Position numbers and translations under genes: made by a program. Below the pieces are notes generated by a model that saw nothing but the letters and a program-made list of their open reading frames with translations, did no database searches and was not told the origin of the DNA. DNA of 32,000 nucleotides from Trichlorobacter lovleyi SZ (lineage in GTDB: Bacteria; Desulfobacterota; Desulfuromonadia; Geobacterales; Pseudopelobacteraceae): positions 1,950,001 to 1,982,000 of the forward strand of contig NC_010814.1 of the NCBI RefSeq assembly GCF_000020385.1, given 5' to 3'. Below, piece by piece: positions 1 to 8,394 of this stretch (within the stretch, counting starts at the first letter, position 1; each line of letters starts with the position of its first letter).

Positions 1-229
1 CTGAAATGGTGACAAGCTGGTGTTGCTGGAGGGCAATGGTTAAAGGGGAACGTTCGTCAATGGACTGGATTTTGCCGAACTTGTAGAGCAGATCAAGGTG
101 GCTGCTCCGTTCGAGTAAAAAAATTGCCCCGCCGGCCAGCAGCGTAAACAGTGCAAGCGGCAGAAAACGCCCCAGAAAGAGGGTGAACATGGATTTAAGG
201 CCGGATATGCTTTTGAAAATCTGTTTCAC
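1..229 (-). CDS. Membrane-anchored protein of unknown family, N-terminal fragment (continues past window start)
   Basis: A minus-strand frame stays open to position 1. Candidate starts are GTG at 229 (AAGGA 5 nt upstream) or ATG at 190. The translation ..KQIFKSISGLKSMFTLFLGRFLPLALFTLLAGGAIFLLERSSHLDLLYKFGKIQSIDERSPL.. has a basic N-terminus followed by one hydrophobic helix. It is co-directional with, and just downstream of, the kinase gene. No family was recognised. Confidence 0.35.
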   Translation of the reverse strand, partial: MKQIFKSISGLKSMFTLFLGRFLPLALFTLLAGGAIFLLERSSHLDLLYKFGKIQSIDERSPLTIALQQHQLVTIS

Positions 230-290
230 AATGGTCCTTGGCACTATTGGCCTGTTTTCTGGCTGCCTATAGCAGCAATTGATCGCTTTG

Positions 291-2810
291 TCATGTTGAA
301 ACAACATCGGGAAGCGCCTGCAGCAGCGGCAGGCGGATCCTGAAGGTGGTGCTGTGGCCCGGTTCAGAGTCCACGCTGATGCTGCCGCCATGCTCCTCAA
401 CAATCTGGCGGGTGATGGAGAGTCCAAGCCCGGTGCCGGCCCCTTTACGGGTAAAGAACGGCTCAAAGATCAATGGCAGATCCTGGGGCGGAATACCGTG
501 TCCGGAATCGCTCACCGTAATCAGTGCATCGTGATCATCGCGGCTGATGGTCGTGGTGATCATTCCCCCCAGCGGCAGGGCCTCCAGGGCGTTTTTCAAG
601 AGGTTCAGCAGGGCCTGACGGATTTTTTCTGCATCAATCAGGCAGGTTGGCAGCGGGCTTCGTTCAAGGCTCAGGACAATCCCCTGCCGTTGACAGGAAC
701 GTTGCATCAGCATCACCACATCTTCGGCAGCTTCACCCGGGTCGCCCGGTGCAAAGCGTGAACGGGGCGGGGCAGCAAAGGTCAACAGAGCCGAGATCAG
801 CCGTTCCATCCGTTCGATTTCTGCCATGGCCTTGGTCAGCATCTCGCGGTCCTTGTCACCCAGCTGGGCCCGGTCATGCAGGTCATCCAGCAGTAACGAG
901 ATGCCGGTCAGAGGATTACGGATCTCATGGGAGATGCCGGCTGCAAGTTTTCCCAGTGAGGCCAGCCGCTCAAGCCGGACCGTCTCTTCCCGCAAATCCT
1001 CCCGGATGGTCTCATCCCGCAGGGTTACGGTCAGCCCGCGTTCTGCATGTTCACCAATCGGGAAGATGCCCACATCAAAATGCCGGATCCTGCCATCCTG
1101 CTCTATCTTGAGCGGTTCACGGCCATAGCCGCTACCTTCACTGAAGGCGCGGCCGATTCTGGCGGGGATATTTTCCCAACCGGCAAAAACAGTGGCGTAA
1201 TGGCTGCCAAGCGGCCAGCTCTGTCCCAGAAAACACTCGACCGAACTGTTGCGTGAGGTGAGGGTGCCGTCGGGCGCAAAGGTGGTGATGGCACTTGAGA
1301 TACTCTCCAGGATGCTTTCCTTGAAGTTCCGTTCATCCAGAATGGCCTGCCGGGATTCCTGCAGCTGCTCCAGGGTTGCAACGAGATTGGCCTTGCGCTG
1401 TTCCAGCTCTGCCACCATGGCGTTGAAGGCCAGTGCCAGTTCTGCCAGCTCGTCACTGCCCTTCACCACGACACGACTACCGGTTTCCCCGTTGGCCAGG
1501 CGGCGGGCACCTTCACTGAGATGCTGCAGCGGCCGGGTGATGCCCCGTGCCAGCAGCCAGGCCGCCAGCGCTGCAACCAAGGCTGCCAGTGAGATGAACA
1601 GGGCACTTTTCTGACGGTGTTCCTTCAGTTTGCTGGTTATGAGCTGACTACCGGCACTGGCCTGTTGCTGAAACTGGTCAACCTGGTAGCCGATGGTGAT
1701 ACCGCCAAAGATGCCGTGTTTTTTATACGGGCCGGTGTTGTAGAGGATCGGGGCATAGGCCATGATCTTGCGGGCACCGCCCACATTGGTCAGTTCAACC
1801 ACACCGCTTTGCTGTTTCCTGACCAATGCTGAGGCCTTGGGGTAGTTGGGGTGGATAAAACCGGCGTGATCAAGATTGAACGGAATGGTGCCGGCCTCAA
1901 CATTCTGGGGGGATGAGCTGGCGGTGTAAGGCGGCACCAGACGGCCCTGCCGGTCGACACCACGGATATCCCACAGCTTGGGATGGGTAATGATCCAGCC
2001 TTCATCATCAAACAAAAAGGCATAGTTACCGCTTTTGTAGGAGGGGAAGGCGGTTACAAAATGGGGGCCGGGATCAATGTGCTGGCTGAATTCCATCAGA
2101 TGGCGGTGATCCATGGAGATGACAAAGGCCCCATTAAAGCGTCCATCCGGCCCATACAGCGGCATGCCGAAACGGACTACCCCCTCATAGCGGCTGCCCA
2201 GTGCCTGTTCGGGTTCAGAGGCTCCGGCCAGCTGCTGCTGTTTGCTGACATGGAAACCGGTCAGGTGGGTGACATGGATTTGTCCCGGCTGCAGTTGTTT
2301 GATTTCATTAAAGTAGGTTTCGCTTTTAAATTCAGTAGTTGCTGGTTTTGCAACGTTGTGCAGCTCTGAAGGCGCCAGAAAACGGCCATCTTTCAGCACC
2401 ATCCGCTCCTGGCCTGTTGCATCTATCAGAGCAAAAGAGCGGTAGATCGGCAGCTGTTCCCGTACCTCACGGACCTGGTGTGCTGTAACGGCACGCCGTT
2501 CCCAGACCTCGCTGCGCTGCTGTTGCCAAAAGGATAGCAGTACCTGCCGGTCAGCGGCAAAACGGCTTAAAAAACGCAGGTCATCTTCGCGACGATACAG
2601 GTAGTCGCTAATGCTGTCGGCCACCTGACGGGCCCGCATCTGCAATCCCTCAGCAGCCTGCTGTTCTGCACTGTTGCTGATTTCCAGCGCCAGCCGGTCC
2701 CGAACCTGCTCAAGTCCTGAAAACTGGAAAATCGAGGCAACCAAAAGCGGCAGCAGTGCCAGCAGCAGCGAGGCGATCAGAAATTTTCTGAAGATAGTCG
2801 GTCTGATCAT
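291..2810 (-). CDS. Sensor histidine kinase (TM - periplasmic Cache-like domain - TM - HAMP - PAS - HisKA - HATPase_c)
   Basis: 839-aa ORF starting at ATG 2810. N-terminal TM helix (FLIASLLLALLPLLVASIF), a periplasmic region of about 370 aa, and a second TM helix (ALFISLAALVAALAAWLLA). HAMP-like segment (RPLQHLSEGARRLANGE..ELALAFNAMVAEL), PAS-like segment, H-box ISHEIRNPL, and ATPase N/G boxes (LLNLLKNALEA, DSGHGI, GTGLGLS). Confidence 0.9.
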   Translation of the reverse strand: MIRPTIFRKFLIASLLLALLPLLVASIFQFSGLEQVRDRLALEISNSAEQQAAEGLQMRARQVADSISDYLYRREDDLRFLSRFAADRQVLLSFWQQQRSEVWERRAVTAHQVREVREQLPIYRSFALIDATGQERMVLKDGRFLAPSELHNVAKPATTEFKSETYFNEIKQLQPGQIHVTHLTGFHVSKQQQLAGASEPEQALGSRYEGVVRFGMPLYGPDGRFNGAFVISMDHRHLMEFSQHIDPGPHFVTAFPSYKSGNYAFLFDDEGWIITHPKLWDIRGVDRQGRLVPPYTASSSPQNVEAGTIPFNLDHAGFIHPNYPKASALVRKQQSGVVELTNVGGARKIMAYAPILYNTGPYKKHGIFGGITIGYQVDQFQQQASAGSQLITSKLKEHRQKSALFISLAALVAALAAWLLARGITRPLQHLSEGARRLANGETGSRVVVKGSDELAELALAFNAMVAELEQRKANLVATLEQLQESRQAILDERNFKESILESISSAITTFAPDGTLTSRNSSVECFLGQSWPLGSHYATVFAGWENIPARIGRAFSEGSGYGREPLKIEQDGRIRHFDVGIFPIGEHAERGLTVTLRDETIREDLREETVRLERLASLGKLAAGISHEIRNPLTGISLLLDDLHDRAQLGDKDREMLTKAMAEIERMERLISALLTFAAPPRSRFAPGDPGEAAEDVVMLMQRSCQRQGIVLSLERSPLPTCLIDAEKIRQALLNLLKNALEALPLGGMITTTISRDDHDALITVSDSGHGIPPQDLPLIFEPFFTRKGAGTGLGLSITRQIVEEHGGSISVDSEPGHSTTFRIRLPLLQALPDVVST

Positions 2811-2908
2811 TGGGAACCAGGGCCAAGGTTAAGGTTCAGGTTGAATTGACGTGGTGCAGATGATACCGTATCCGGCAGTAAATGACAGCCGGAAAAGAGA
2901 AAAAAACG

Positions 2909-4756
2909 ATGGGATACAGAAATCTTCAGGACTGTGTTGAGGATCTGGAGCGTCATGGCATGCTGCGCCGGATTGATACTCCGGTTGATCCGTGTCTGGA
3001 GGCCGGTATGATCCAGCGCCGGGTCTATCAGGCCGGTGGCCCGGCGCTTTTGTTTACCCGGGTGACCGGTTCTGCCTTTCCAATGCTGGGTAACCTGTTC
3101 GGGACTCTGGAACGGACCCGCTTTATCTTCCGCGATACCTTGCGGACCATTGATACCCTGGTGAAACTGAAGATTAATCCGTTTCTGGCATTGAAAGAAC
3201 CGGCCAGGCTGCTGGGGGCGCCGTTGGGTGCCCTGCATCTGCTGCCGAAAACGGTTTCAGCGGATCAGGCACCTTCTTTAAGCTGCAGAACAACGCTTTC
3301 CAGGCTGCCCCAACTGGTCTCATGGCCCAAGGATGGCGGCGCCTTTATCACCCTGCCGCAGGTCTACAGTGAAGATCCGGCCAGGCCCGGCTTTGGCAAG
3401 TCCAATCTGGGGATGTACCGGGTACAGATCTCCGGCAATCAGTATCAGCCGGACAAACAGGCCGGTCTGCACTATCAGATTCATCGCGGTATCGGTGTAC
3501 ATCATCAGGAAGCGATCAAGCGTGGTGAACGTCTGAAGGTGAATGTGTTTGCGGGAGGCGCACCATCCATGTCTGTGGCAGCGGTCATGCCGTTACCGGA
3601 GGGGATGCCGGAGCTCTCCTTTGCCGGTCTGCTGGGCGGACACCGGATCGCCATGGCCCGGGTTCCCGGTTGCCTGCCGGTCCCTGCTGAGGCTGATTTC
3701 TGTATTGTCGGCTCCATTGATCCCCATGCCACCCTGCCGGAAGGCCCCTTTGGCGATCATCTGGGCTATTACAGCCTGACCCACCCGTTTCCTTTTATTG
3801 AGGTTGAGGCGGTCTATCATAGGCCTGATGCGATCTGGCCTTTTACCACGGTGGGGCGGCCGCCCCAGGAAGATACCTCCTTTGGTGCCTTTATCCATGA
3901 ACTGACCGGCGACCTGATCCCCGCGGTGCTGCCCGGCATCAAGGCGGTGCATGCCGTGGATGCCGCCGGGGTGCATCCGCTGCTGCTGGCCATCGGCACT
4001 GAGCGGTATACCCCCTATGACGGGGTGACCCGCCCGCTGGAACTGTTGACCCAGGCCAATGCCGTTCTGGGGCAGGGGCAGCTTTCGCTGGCCAAGTACC
4101 TGTTGATCGCTGCTGAACAGGATAACCCTGAACTGGATATTCATGACATAGGCGCCATGTTCAGGCATCTGCTGGAACGGGTGGACTGGCGGCGTGACCT
4201 GCACTTTCAGACCGCCACCACCATTGATACCCTGGATTATTCCGGTGGCGGCTTCAACAGCGGTTCCAAGCTGGTTGTGGCTGCCGCAGGTCCGGTCAGG
4301 CGTTGTTTGCTGACTGAGCTCCCGGGCGATATCCCTGTGCCGTCCGGTTGGTCAGATCCGGCCCTGGCTCTGCCCGGTGTGTTGGTGCTGCAGGGCAGTG
4401 CCCCGGTTCCGGACAATGGTGAGCCTGATCAGGCAATTCAGGCACTTTGCAGCTTCTGGGAACAACGGGCTCTGCCCGATGGTATCGTCCTGGTGGTGAT
4501 TGCCGATGACAGTGCGTTCTGCAGCCGGTCTCTGGATAACTTTCTGTGGGTTACCTTTACCCGCTCCAACCCTGCTGCAGATATCTACGGTGTCGGGGCT
4601 GCAACCCGTCAGCGGCACTGGGGCTGTAGCGGGCCGCTGGTGATTGACGCACGCCGGAAACCGTTTCATGCCCCGCCTCTGGAGGAGGATTCGGCTGTTG
4701 AAAAGCGGATTGAAGAGCTGGCTTCTGCAGGGGGGCCGCTTTACGGCCTGTTTTAG
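2909..4756 (+). CDS. UbiD-family (prenylated-FMN dependent) decarboxylase, long form (~615 aa)
   Basis: The ORF spans 2882-4756. ATG 2909 gives MGYRNLQDCVEDLERHGMLRRI, a typical UbiD N-terminus. UbiD-like core motifs are present: WPKDGGAFITLPQVYSEDP, SNLGMYRVQ, FGDHLGYY. ATG 2882 is an alternative start. Confidence 0.85.
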   Translation: MGYRNLQDCVEDLERHGMLRRIDTPVDPCLEAGMIQRRVYQAGGPALLFTRVTGSAFPMLGNLFGTLERTRFIFRDTLRTIDTLVKLKINPFLALKEPARLLGAPLGALHLLPKTVSADQAPSLSCRTTLSRLPQLVSWPKDGGAFITLPQVYSEDPARPGFGKSNLGMYRVQISGNQYQPDKQAGLHYQIHRGIGVHHQEAIKRGERLKVNVFAGGAPSMSVAAVMPLPEGMPELSFAGLLGGHRIAMARVPGCLPVPAEADFCIVGSIDPHATLPEGPFGDHLGYYSLTHPFPFIEVEAVYHRPDAIWPFTTVGRPPQEDTSFGAFIHELTGDLIPAVLPGIKAVHAVDAAGVHPLLLAIGTERYTPYDGVTRPLELLTQANAVLGQGQLSLAKYLLIAAEQDNPELDIHDIGAMFRHLLERVDWRRDLHFQTATTIDTLDYSGGGFNSGSKLVVAAAGPVRRCLLTELPGDIPVPSGWSDPALALPGVLVLQGSAPVPDNGEPDQAIQALCSFWEQRALPDGIVLVVIADDSAFCSRSLDNFLWVTFTRSNPAADIYGVGAATRQRHWGCSGPLVIDARRKPFHAPPLEEDSAVEKRIEELASAGGPLYGLF

Positions 4757-4843
4757 GGATATTACCCTATTTTACTTTTATAAAACTGTGCTATGATCCA
4801 ACCAATGTAACACGCCGATTATTCCCTCATAGAGGAGGTTTCA

Positions 4844-5350
4844 ATGTCAACCACAGCCCTGGTAAAAAGCGGAGATGTCACCACAAGCGGAGACCAGCTG
4901 ATTCAGTTGGTCAGTTTCATGCTCAGCAACGAAGAATACGGTGTTGAAGTGCTGAAGGTGCGGGAGATTATCCGTATGCCCGGCATCACCAAGATGCCCA
5001 ACACACCTCACTATGTTGAGGGGATTATCAACCTGCGGGGCAAGGTGATTCCGATTATCTCAATGCGTAAGCGTTTTGGCCTGGCTGAGTCGGACTATGA
5101 CAGCCACACCCGCATTATGGTTATGGATGTTGCCGGCGGCCTGACCGGTTTCATTGTGGATGCGGTTTCCGAGGTAATCAGGATCCATTCCAGCGAGATC
5201 CAGCCTCCTCCCACCATGGTCTCCGGCAATATTGATCAGGAGTTCATTACCGGTGTGTTCAACCATGCTGATCGTCTGTTGATCATCATGGATGTGGACC
5301 GGATGTTCTCACCGCAGGAACGGGAGTACTTCGGCAGTGTAGGGGAGTAG
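4844..5350 (+). CDS. cheW: Chemotaxis coupling protein CheW
   Basis: 168 aa. LVSFMLSNEEYGVEVLKVREIIRMPGITKMPNTPHYVEGIINLRGKVIPIISMRKRFGL is a textbook CheW domain. GAGGAGG lies 5 nt upstream of the ATG. Confidence 0.92.
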   Translation: MSTTALVKSGDVTTSGDQLIQLVSFMLSNEEYGVEVLKVREIIRMPGITKMPNTPHYVEGIINLRGKVIPIISMRKRFGLAESDYDSHTRIMVMDVAGGLTGFIVDAVSEVIRIHSSEIQPPPTMVSGNIDQEFITGVFNHADRLLIIMDVDRMFSPQEREYFGSVGE

Positions 5351-5383
5351 TCCGCCGGAACAGATGAGCATACCTGTCCAAGT

Positions 5384-5414
5384 AAAAAGCCGGGAAGTGA
5401 TTCCCGGCTTTTTT
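5384..5414. terminator. Bidirectional intrinsic terminator shared by convergent cheW and MCP genes
   Basis: AAAAA-GCCGGGAA-GTGA-TTCCCGGC-TTTTTT. This is a perfect 8-bp GC-rich stem (5389-5396 / 5401-5408) with a 4-nt loop, an A-run on one side and a T-run on the other. It sits between the cheW stop (5350) and the MCP stop (5440). Confidence 0.75.
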
Positions 5415-5439
5415 GCGTTCATTACATCTGTCCAGTCAA

Positions 5440-6561
5440 TTAACCTGCCCGGGAGATCTCTTCCAGGTTGCCGGCAATTACGGTGGCTGTTGCCGCCTGT
5501 TCTTCAGAGGCGGTTGCGATCTGAGAAATCAGGTTTTTGATGTTCTCAACCGAATCAACTATGGCGATCAGGGATGCCTCTGCCTGATGGGAGAGCTGTT
5601 CTCCCTTTTCAGCCTCTGCCTTGCCATCTTCGATGGAGGCAACCGCCTTCTGGGTGTTGGACTGGATCTCTGCCACCATGGAACCGATCTGTTTGGTGGA
5701 GGTCATGGTCCGTTCCGCCAGCCTGCGGACCTCGTCGGCAACCACGGCAAAGCCGCGACCCATCTCGCCGGCCCGGGCAGCCTCGATGGCGGCGTTCAAG
5801 GCCAGCAGGTTGGTCTGGTCGGCAATTTCATTGATGACATTAACGATCTCACCGATCTTTTCGGAGGTTGCGCCCAGGTTACCCACGATCTGGGCTGACG
5901 AGCGAACCACTTCCGCCACCTGCTGCATCCCCTTGACCGCCTGGTTGACCACCCGTTGACCTTCATGGGCGCTGTCAGCCACCTGGCTGGCTGAATCAGC
6001 GGCATTGGTGGTGTTGCCTGCCACCTCGTTGACGGTCATGCTCATCTCTTCCATGGCAGTGGCGATCTGGTGGATCCGTTCCTCCAGATAATTCTTGCGC
6101 TCAATATCCTTGTACTGCTGTTCCTTGATGGTACGCTCGGCGGTAATGTCACTCCAGCAGGCCATGAAACAGAGCAGTTTGCTGCTGTCGCTGGGATCCC
6201 AGATCGGATATGCCTTGGTCTGCAGGGTGACGCCACCGATCGGGATATCGGCAGCGTGGGGCATTTTGCTACGCGGATCGGCAAAGATACTGCGGATACG
6301 GGCCGGGTCTTTGTGGAACTGGTGGATCGAATTGCCAAAGGCATTACCCACATCAGCGCCGCGCAGGCCGCTGTTCAGCTCGGAACGGTGTTGTTGCAGC
6401 AGCTCCTTTGCCTTGCGATTCATATAAAAGATCTTGTTGTCATTGGTGGTGTCACAGAGCATGACCACGTTATCAACGTTGTCCAGCATCTGCGTCAGCT
6501 TCTTGATTTCATTGTCCTTGTCCAGTAGCTCCTGCTTGCTCGGTCCGCCGAAAAGTCCCAT
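5440..6561 (-). CDS. Soluble (no TM) PAS-domain methyl-accepting chemotaxis protein
   Basis: The ORF extends to 6699, but ATG 6561 ([13 protein letters not shown]) is preceded by AAGGAG and avoids overlapping the divergent znuA start. It has an N-terminal PAS-like domain and no hydrophobic helices. The C-terminal MCP signalling domain carries the conserved hairpin [40 protein letters not shown]. Confidence 0.88.
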   Translation of the reverse strand: MGLFGGPSKQELLDKDNEIKKLTQMLDNVDNVVMLCDTTNDNKIFYMNRKAKELLQQHRSELNSGLRGADVGNAFGNSIHQFHKDPARIRSIFADPRSKMPHAADIPIGGVTLQTKAYPIWDPSDSSKLLCFMACWSDITAERTIKEQQYKDIERKNYLEERIHQIATAMEEMSMTVNEVAGNTTNAADSASQVADSAHEGQRVVNQAVKGMQQVAEVVRSSAQIVGNLGATSEKIGEIVNVINEIADQTNLLALNAAIEAARAGEMGRGFAVVADEVRRLAERTMTSTKQIGSMVAEIQSNTQKAVASIEDGKAEAEKGEQLSHQAEASLIAIVDSVENIKNLISQIATASEEQAATATVIAGNLEEISRAG

Positions 6562-6628
6562 TTTGGGCTCCTTTAATGCCGATGTAGCATTGTTTTTGAT
6601 CAGCTCAGTATAGACGAGCAGAGGATAA

Positions 6629-6667
6629 TTGCAAGGATTGGAAATGCGGGCTATGATGCCCTTGCAT
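6629..6667 (+). promoter_or_regulatory. Candidate sigma70-type promoter (TTGCAA-17 nt-TATGAT) with an overlapping imperfect inverted repeat; possible metalloregulator operator for znuABC
   Basis: TTGCAA at 6629-6634 and TATGAT at 6652-6657 with a 17-nt spacer, about 34 nt upstream of the znuA ATG. The inverted repeat ATGCGGGC-TATGAT-GCCC(TT)GCAT at 6644-6667 straddles the -10 element. This is sequence pattern only. Confidence 0.3.
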
Positions 6668-6690
6668 ATTAAGTACAGGAGGAAAAAGCC

Positions 6691-7656
6691 ATGTTTCATC
6701 GCGTACTGTTACTGCTGGTCACACTTGCCGTTTCGGGGCTGCTTTTCACGGGCTGCCGGACACAGAAAACAGAAAGTAATCAGCCTGCACGGCCGATCGT
6801 GATAACCACGCTGTTTCCTTTGTACGATTTTGCCCGTACCATCGCGGGTGACCGGATGGAGGTTCAGCTGTTGCTCCCCCCCGGTGTCGAACCGCATCAT
6901 TTTGAGCCGAAACCGGATGATCTGGCCCGCATCCACCGGGCTGCCCTGTTTGTCTATATCGGTCCCTTTATGGAGCCGTGGGCAGACAAGGTCATACAGG
7001 GGGTTGATCGCACAAAAGTCCGGGTCGTTGCGGCCGCATCCGGCGTGGCACTGTTACCTGCAGTTGCCCACACCGGTAAGGAACAGCATCACCACGACCA
7101 CGATCACGACCATCAGGCTGAAGCCTATGATCCCCATGTCTGGCTTGATTTTCCGGCTGATCAGGCCATGGTTGCCAAGATACTTGAGGCGCTGATTGCT
7201 GCAGATCCTGCCGGTGCTGAGCAGTATCGCCGCCGGGCAGCAGAGCTGACAGGGCAACTGACAGCCCTTGATGCACGCTATAAGGCCGGGCTTTCAAGCT
7301 GTGGCAGCAGGGTGCTGCTGCATGGCGGTCATGCTGCCTTTGGCTATCTTGCCAACCGCTATAATCTGAACTATCAGGCTGCAGCCGGGGTTACGGCCGA
7401 ACTGGAGGCGACTCCGCGCCGCCTGGCAGAGCTGGTGCAACAGGTGCGCAGGTACAACGTAAAGGCGATCTATTCCGAAGAACTGGTCTCTCCCCGCGTG
7501 GCACGGACCATTGCCGGAGAAACCGGTGCAACGGTGTTGAAACTGCATGGTGCCCATAACGTGGCAAAAGAGGATCTGGAGCGGGGTGTCACCTTCATCA
7601 CGCTGATGGATGAAAACCTGAAGAACCTGCAGGTTGGACTTTCATGCAGGAACTGA
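6691..7656 (+). CDS. znuA: Metal (probably zinc) ABC transporter substrate-binding lipoprotein, ZnuA/TroA family
   Basis: Signal peptide with a lipobox-like LFTGC. Cluster-9 SBP fold motifs are present ([28 protein letters not shown]). It has the acidic/His-rich loop HHHDHDHDH characteristic of ZnuA. AGGAGG lies upstream of the ATG. Confidence 0.85.
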   Translation: MFHRVLLLLVTLAVSGLLFTGCRTQKTESNQPARPIVITTLFPLYDFARTIAGDRMEVQLLLPPGVEPHHFEPKPDDLARIHRAALFVYIGPFMEPWADKVIQGVDRTKVRVVAAASGVALLPAVAHTGKEQHHHDHDHDHQAEAYDPHVWLDFPADQAMVAKILEALIAADPAGAEQYRRRAAELTGQLTALDARYKAGLSSCGSRVLLHGGHAAFGYLANRYNLNYQAAAGVTAELEATPRRLAELVQQVRRYNVKAIYSEELVSPRVARTIAGETGATVLKLHGAHNVAKEDLERGVTFITLMDENLKNLQVGLSCRN

Positions 7657-8393
7657 TCAGGGTAGAGCAGCTTACCTGCCGTCACGGAGCGGTAGAGGCG
7701 CTGTCCGGCATCAGTTTCAGCGTGGCTGCAGGCGACTACCTGGGGATTGTAGGGCCCAATGGATCAGGGAAAAGTACTCTGGTACGGGCTTTACTGGGGT
7801 TGATGCCTTCGTATCAAGGCCGGATTTCACTCTTTGGGCAATCCCGCGAAAACTTCACGGCATGGCAGCGGCTGGGGTATCTGCCCCAGAATCTGGGACC
7901 GCTTAACCCTGCCTTTCCCGCTACGGTCTTTGAGGTGGTGCAACTGGGGTTGCTGGCTGGTAAAGGGCTGCCGCGGCGCCTTTGCCGTCAGGAACGCCAG
8001 CAGGTACAGGAGCTGCTGGAACTGCTGGGGATTGATCATCTGCAGCGCCGTATGATCGGTGAGCTGTCCGGAGGTCAGCAACAGCGGGTCATGCTGGCCC
8101 GGGCCCTGATCAATAATCCTGAGCTGTTGGTGATGGATGAGCCGACCGCTGCCCTGGACCCTGAAATCCGCGACCGTTTTTATGAACTGGTGGCCCGGAT
8201 GAACAAGAACAAAGGCACCACGGTGCTGCTGGTGACCCATGACACCGGCACCATCGGGCAGTATGCCTCAAGGATGCTGTATCTTGACAAGAAGGTGCTG
8301 TTCTTTGGGTCGTTTGATGAGTTCTGCCATTCTCCTGAGATGTCGGTTTTTTTCGGGGAGCATTCCCAGCATCTGATCTGCCACAGGCATTGA
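7644..8393 (+). CDS. znuC: Metal ABC transporter ATP-binding protein
   Basis: Walker A GPNGSGKST, signature LSGGQQQR, Walker B LLVMDEP, H-loop VTHD. It overlaps the znuA 3' end by 13 nt. Confidence 0.9.
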   Translation: MQELIRVEQLTCRHGAVEALSGISFSVAAGDYLGIVGPNGSGKSTLVRALLGLMPSYQGRISLFGQSRENFTAWQRLGYLPQNLGPLNPAFPATVFEVVQLGLLAGKGLPRRLCRQERQQVQELLELLGIDHLQRRMIGELSGGQQQRVMLARALINNPELLVMDEPTAALDPEIRDRFYELVARMNKNKGTTVLLVTHDTGTIGQYASRMLYLDKKVLFFGSFDEFCHSPEMSVFFGEHSQHLICHRH

Positions 8394-8394
8394 T

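Noticed and set aside
238-256. TGGCAC motif resembling a sigma54 -24 element
   Set aside because: No GC/TTGC -12 element lies at the obligatory 10-nt spacing. The motif also faces the plus direction, where there is no downstream gene.
3593-4204. 203-aa minus-strand ORF inside the UbiD gene
   Set aside because: It lies antisense to a gene with strong family motifs. The translation is Gly/Arg/Pro/Gln-rich and low-complexity, as is typical of shadow ORFs in GC-rich DNA. There is no RBS and no recognisable domain.
4814-4821. GCCGATTA upstream of cheW, a 7/8 match to the sigma28 (FliA) -10 element GCCGATAA
   Set aside because: No TAAA-type -35 element lies at the required spacing of about 15 nt (positions 4795-4798 read GATC). 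The hit is therefore not sufficient to call a FliA promoter. It is worth rechecking with a lineage-specific sigma28 matrix.
6562-6699. N-terminal 46-aa extension of the MCP ORF ([14 protein letters not shown]...)
   Set aside because: The extension would run through the shared promoter region and overlap the divergent znuA start. The internal ATG at 6561 has a strong AAGGAG RBS, and the extension carries no MCP-like sequence.
7087-7113. CAY/GAY trinucleotide run (CATCACCACGACCACGATCACGACCAT) resembling a microsatellite
   Set aside because: It encodes HHHDHDHDH, the metal-scavenging loop expected in ZnuA proteins. It is therefore functional coding sequence rather than a repeat element, although its length could vary between strains.
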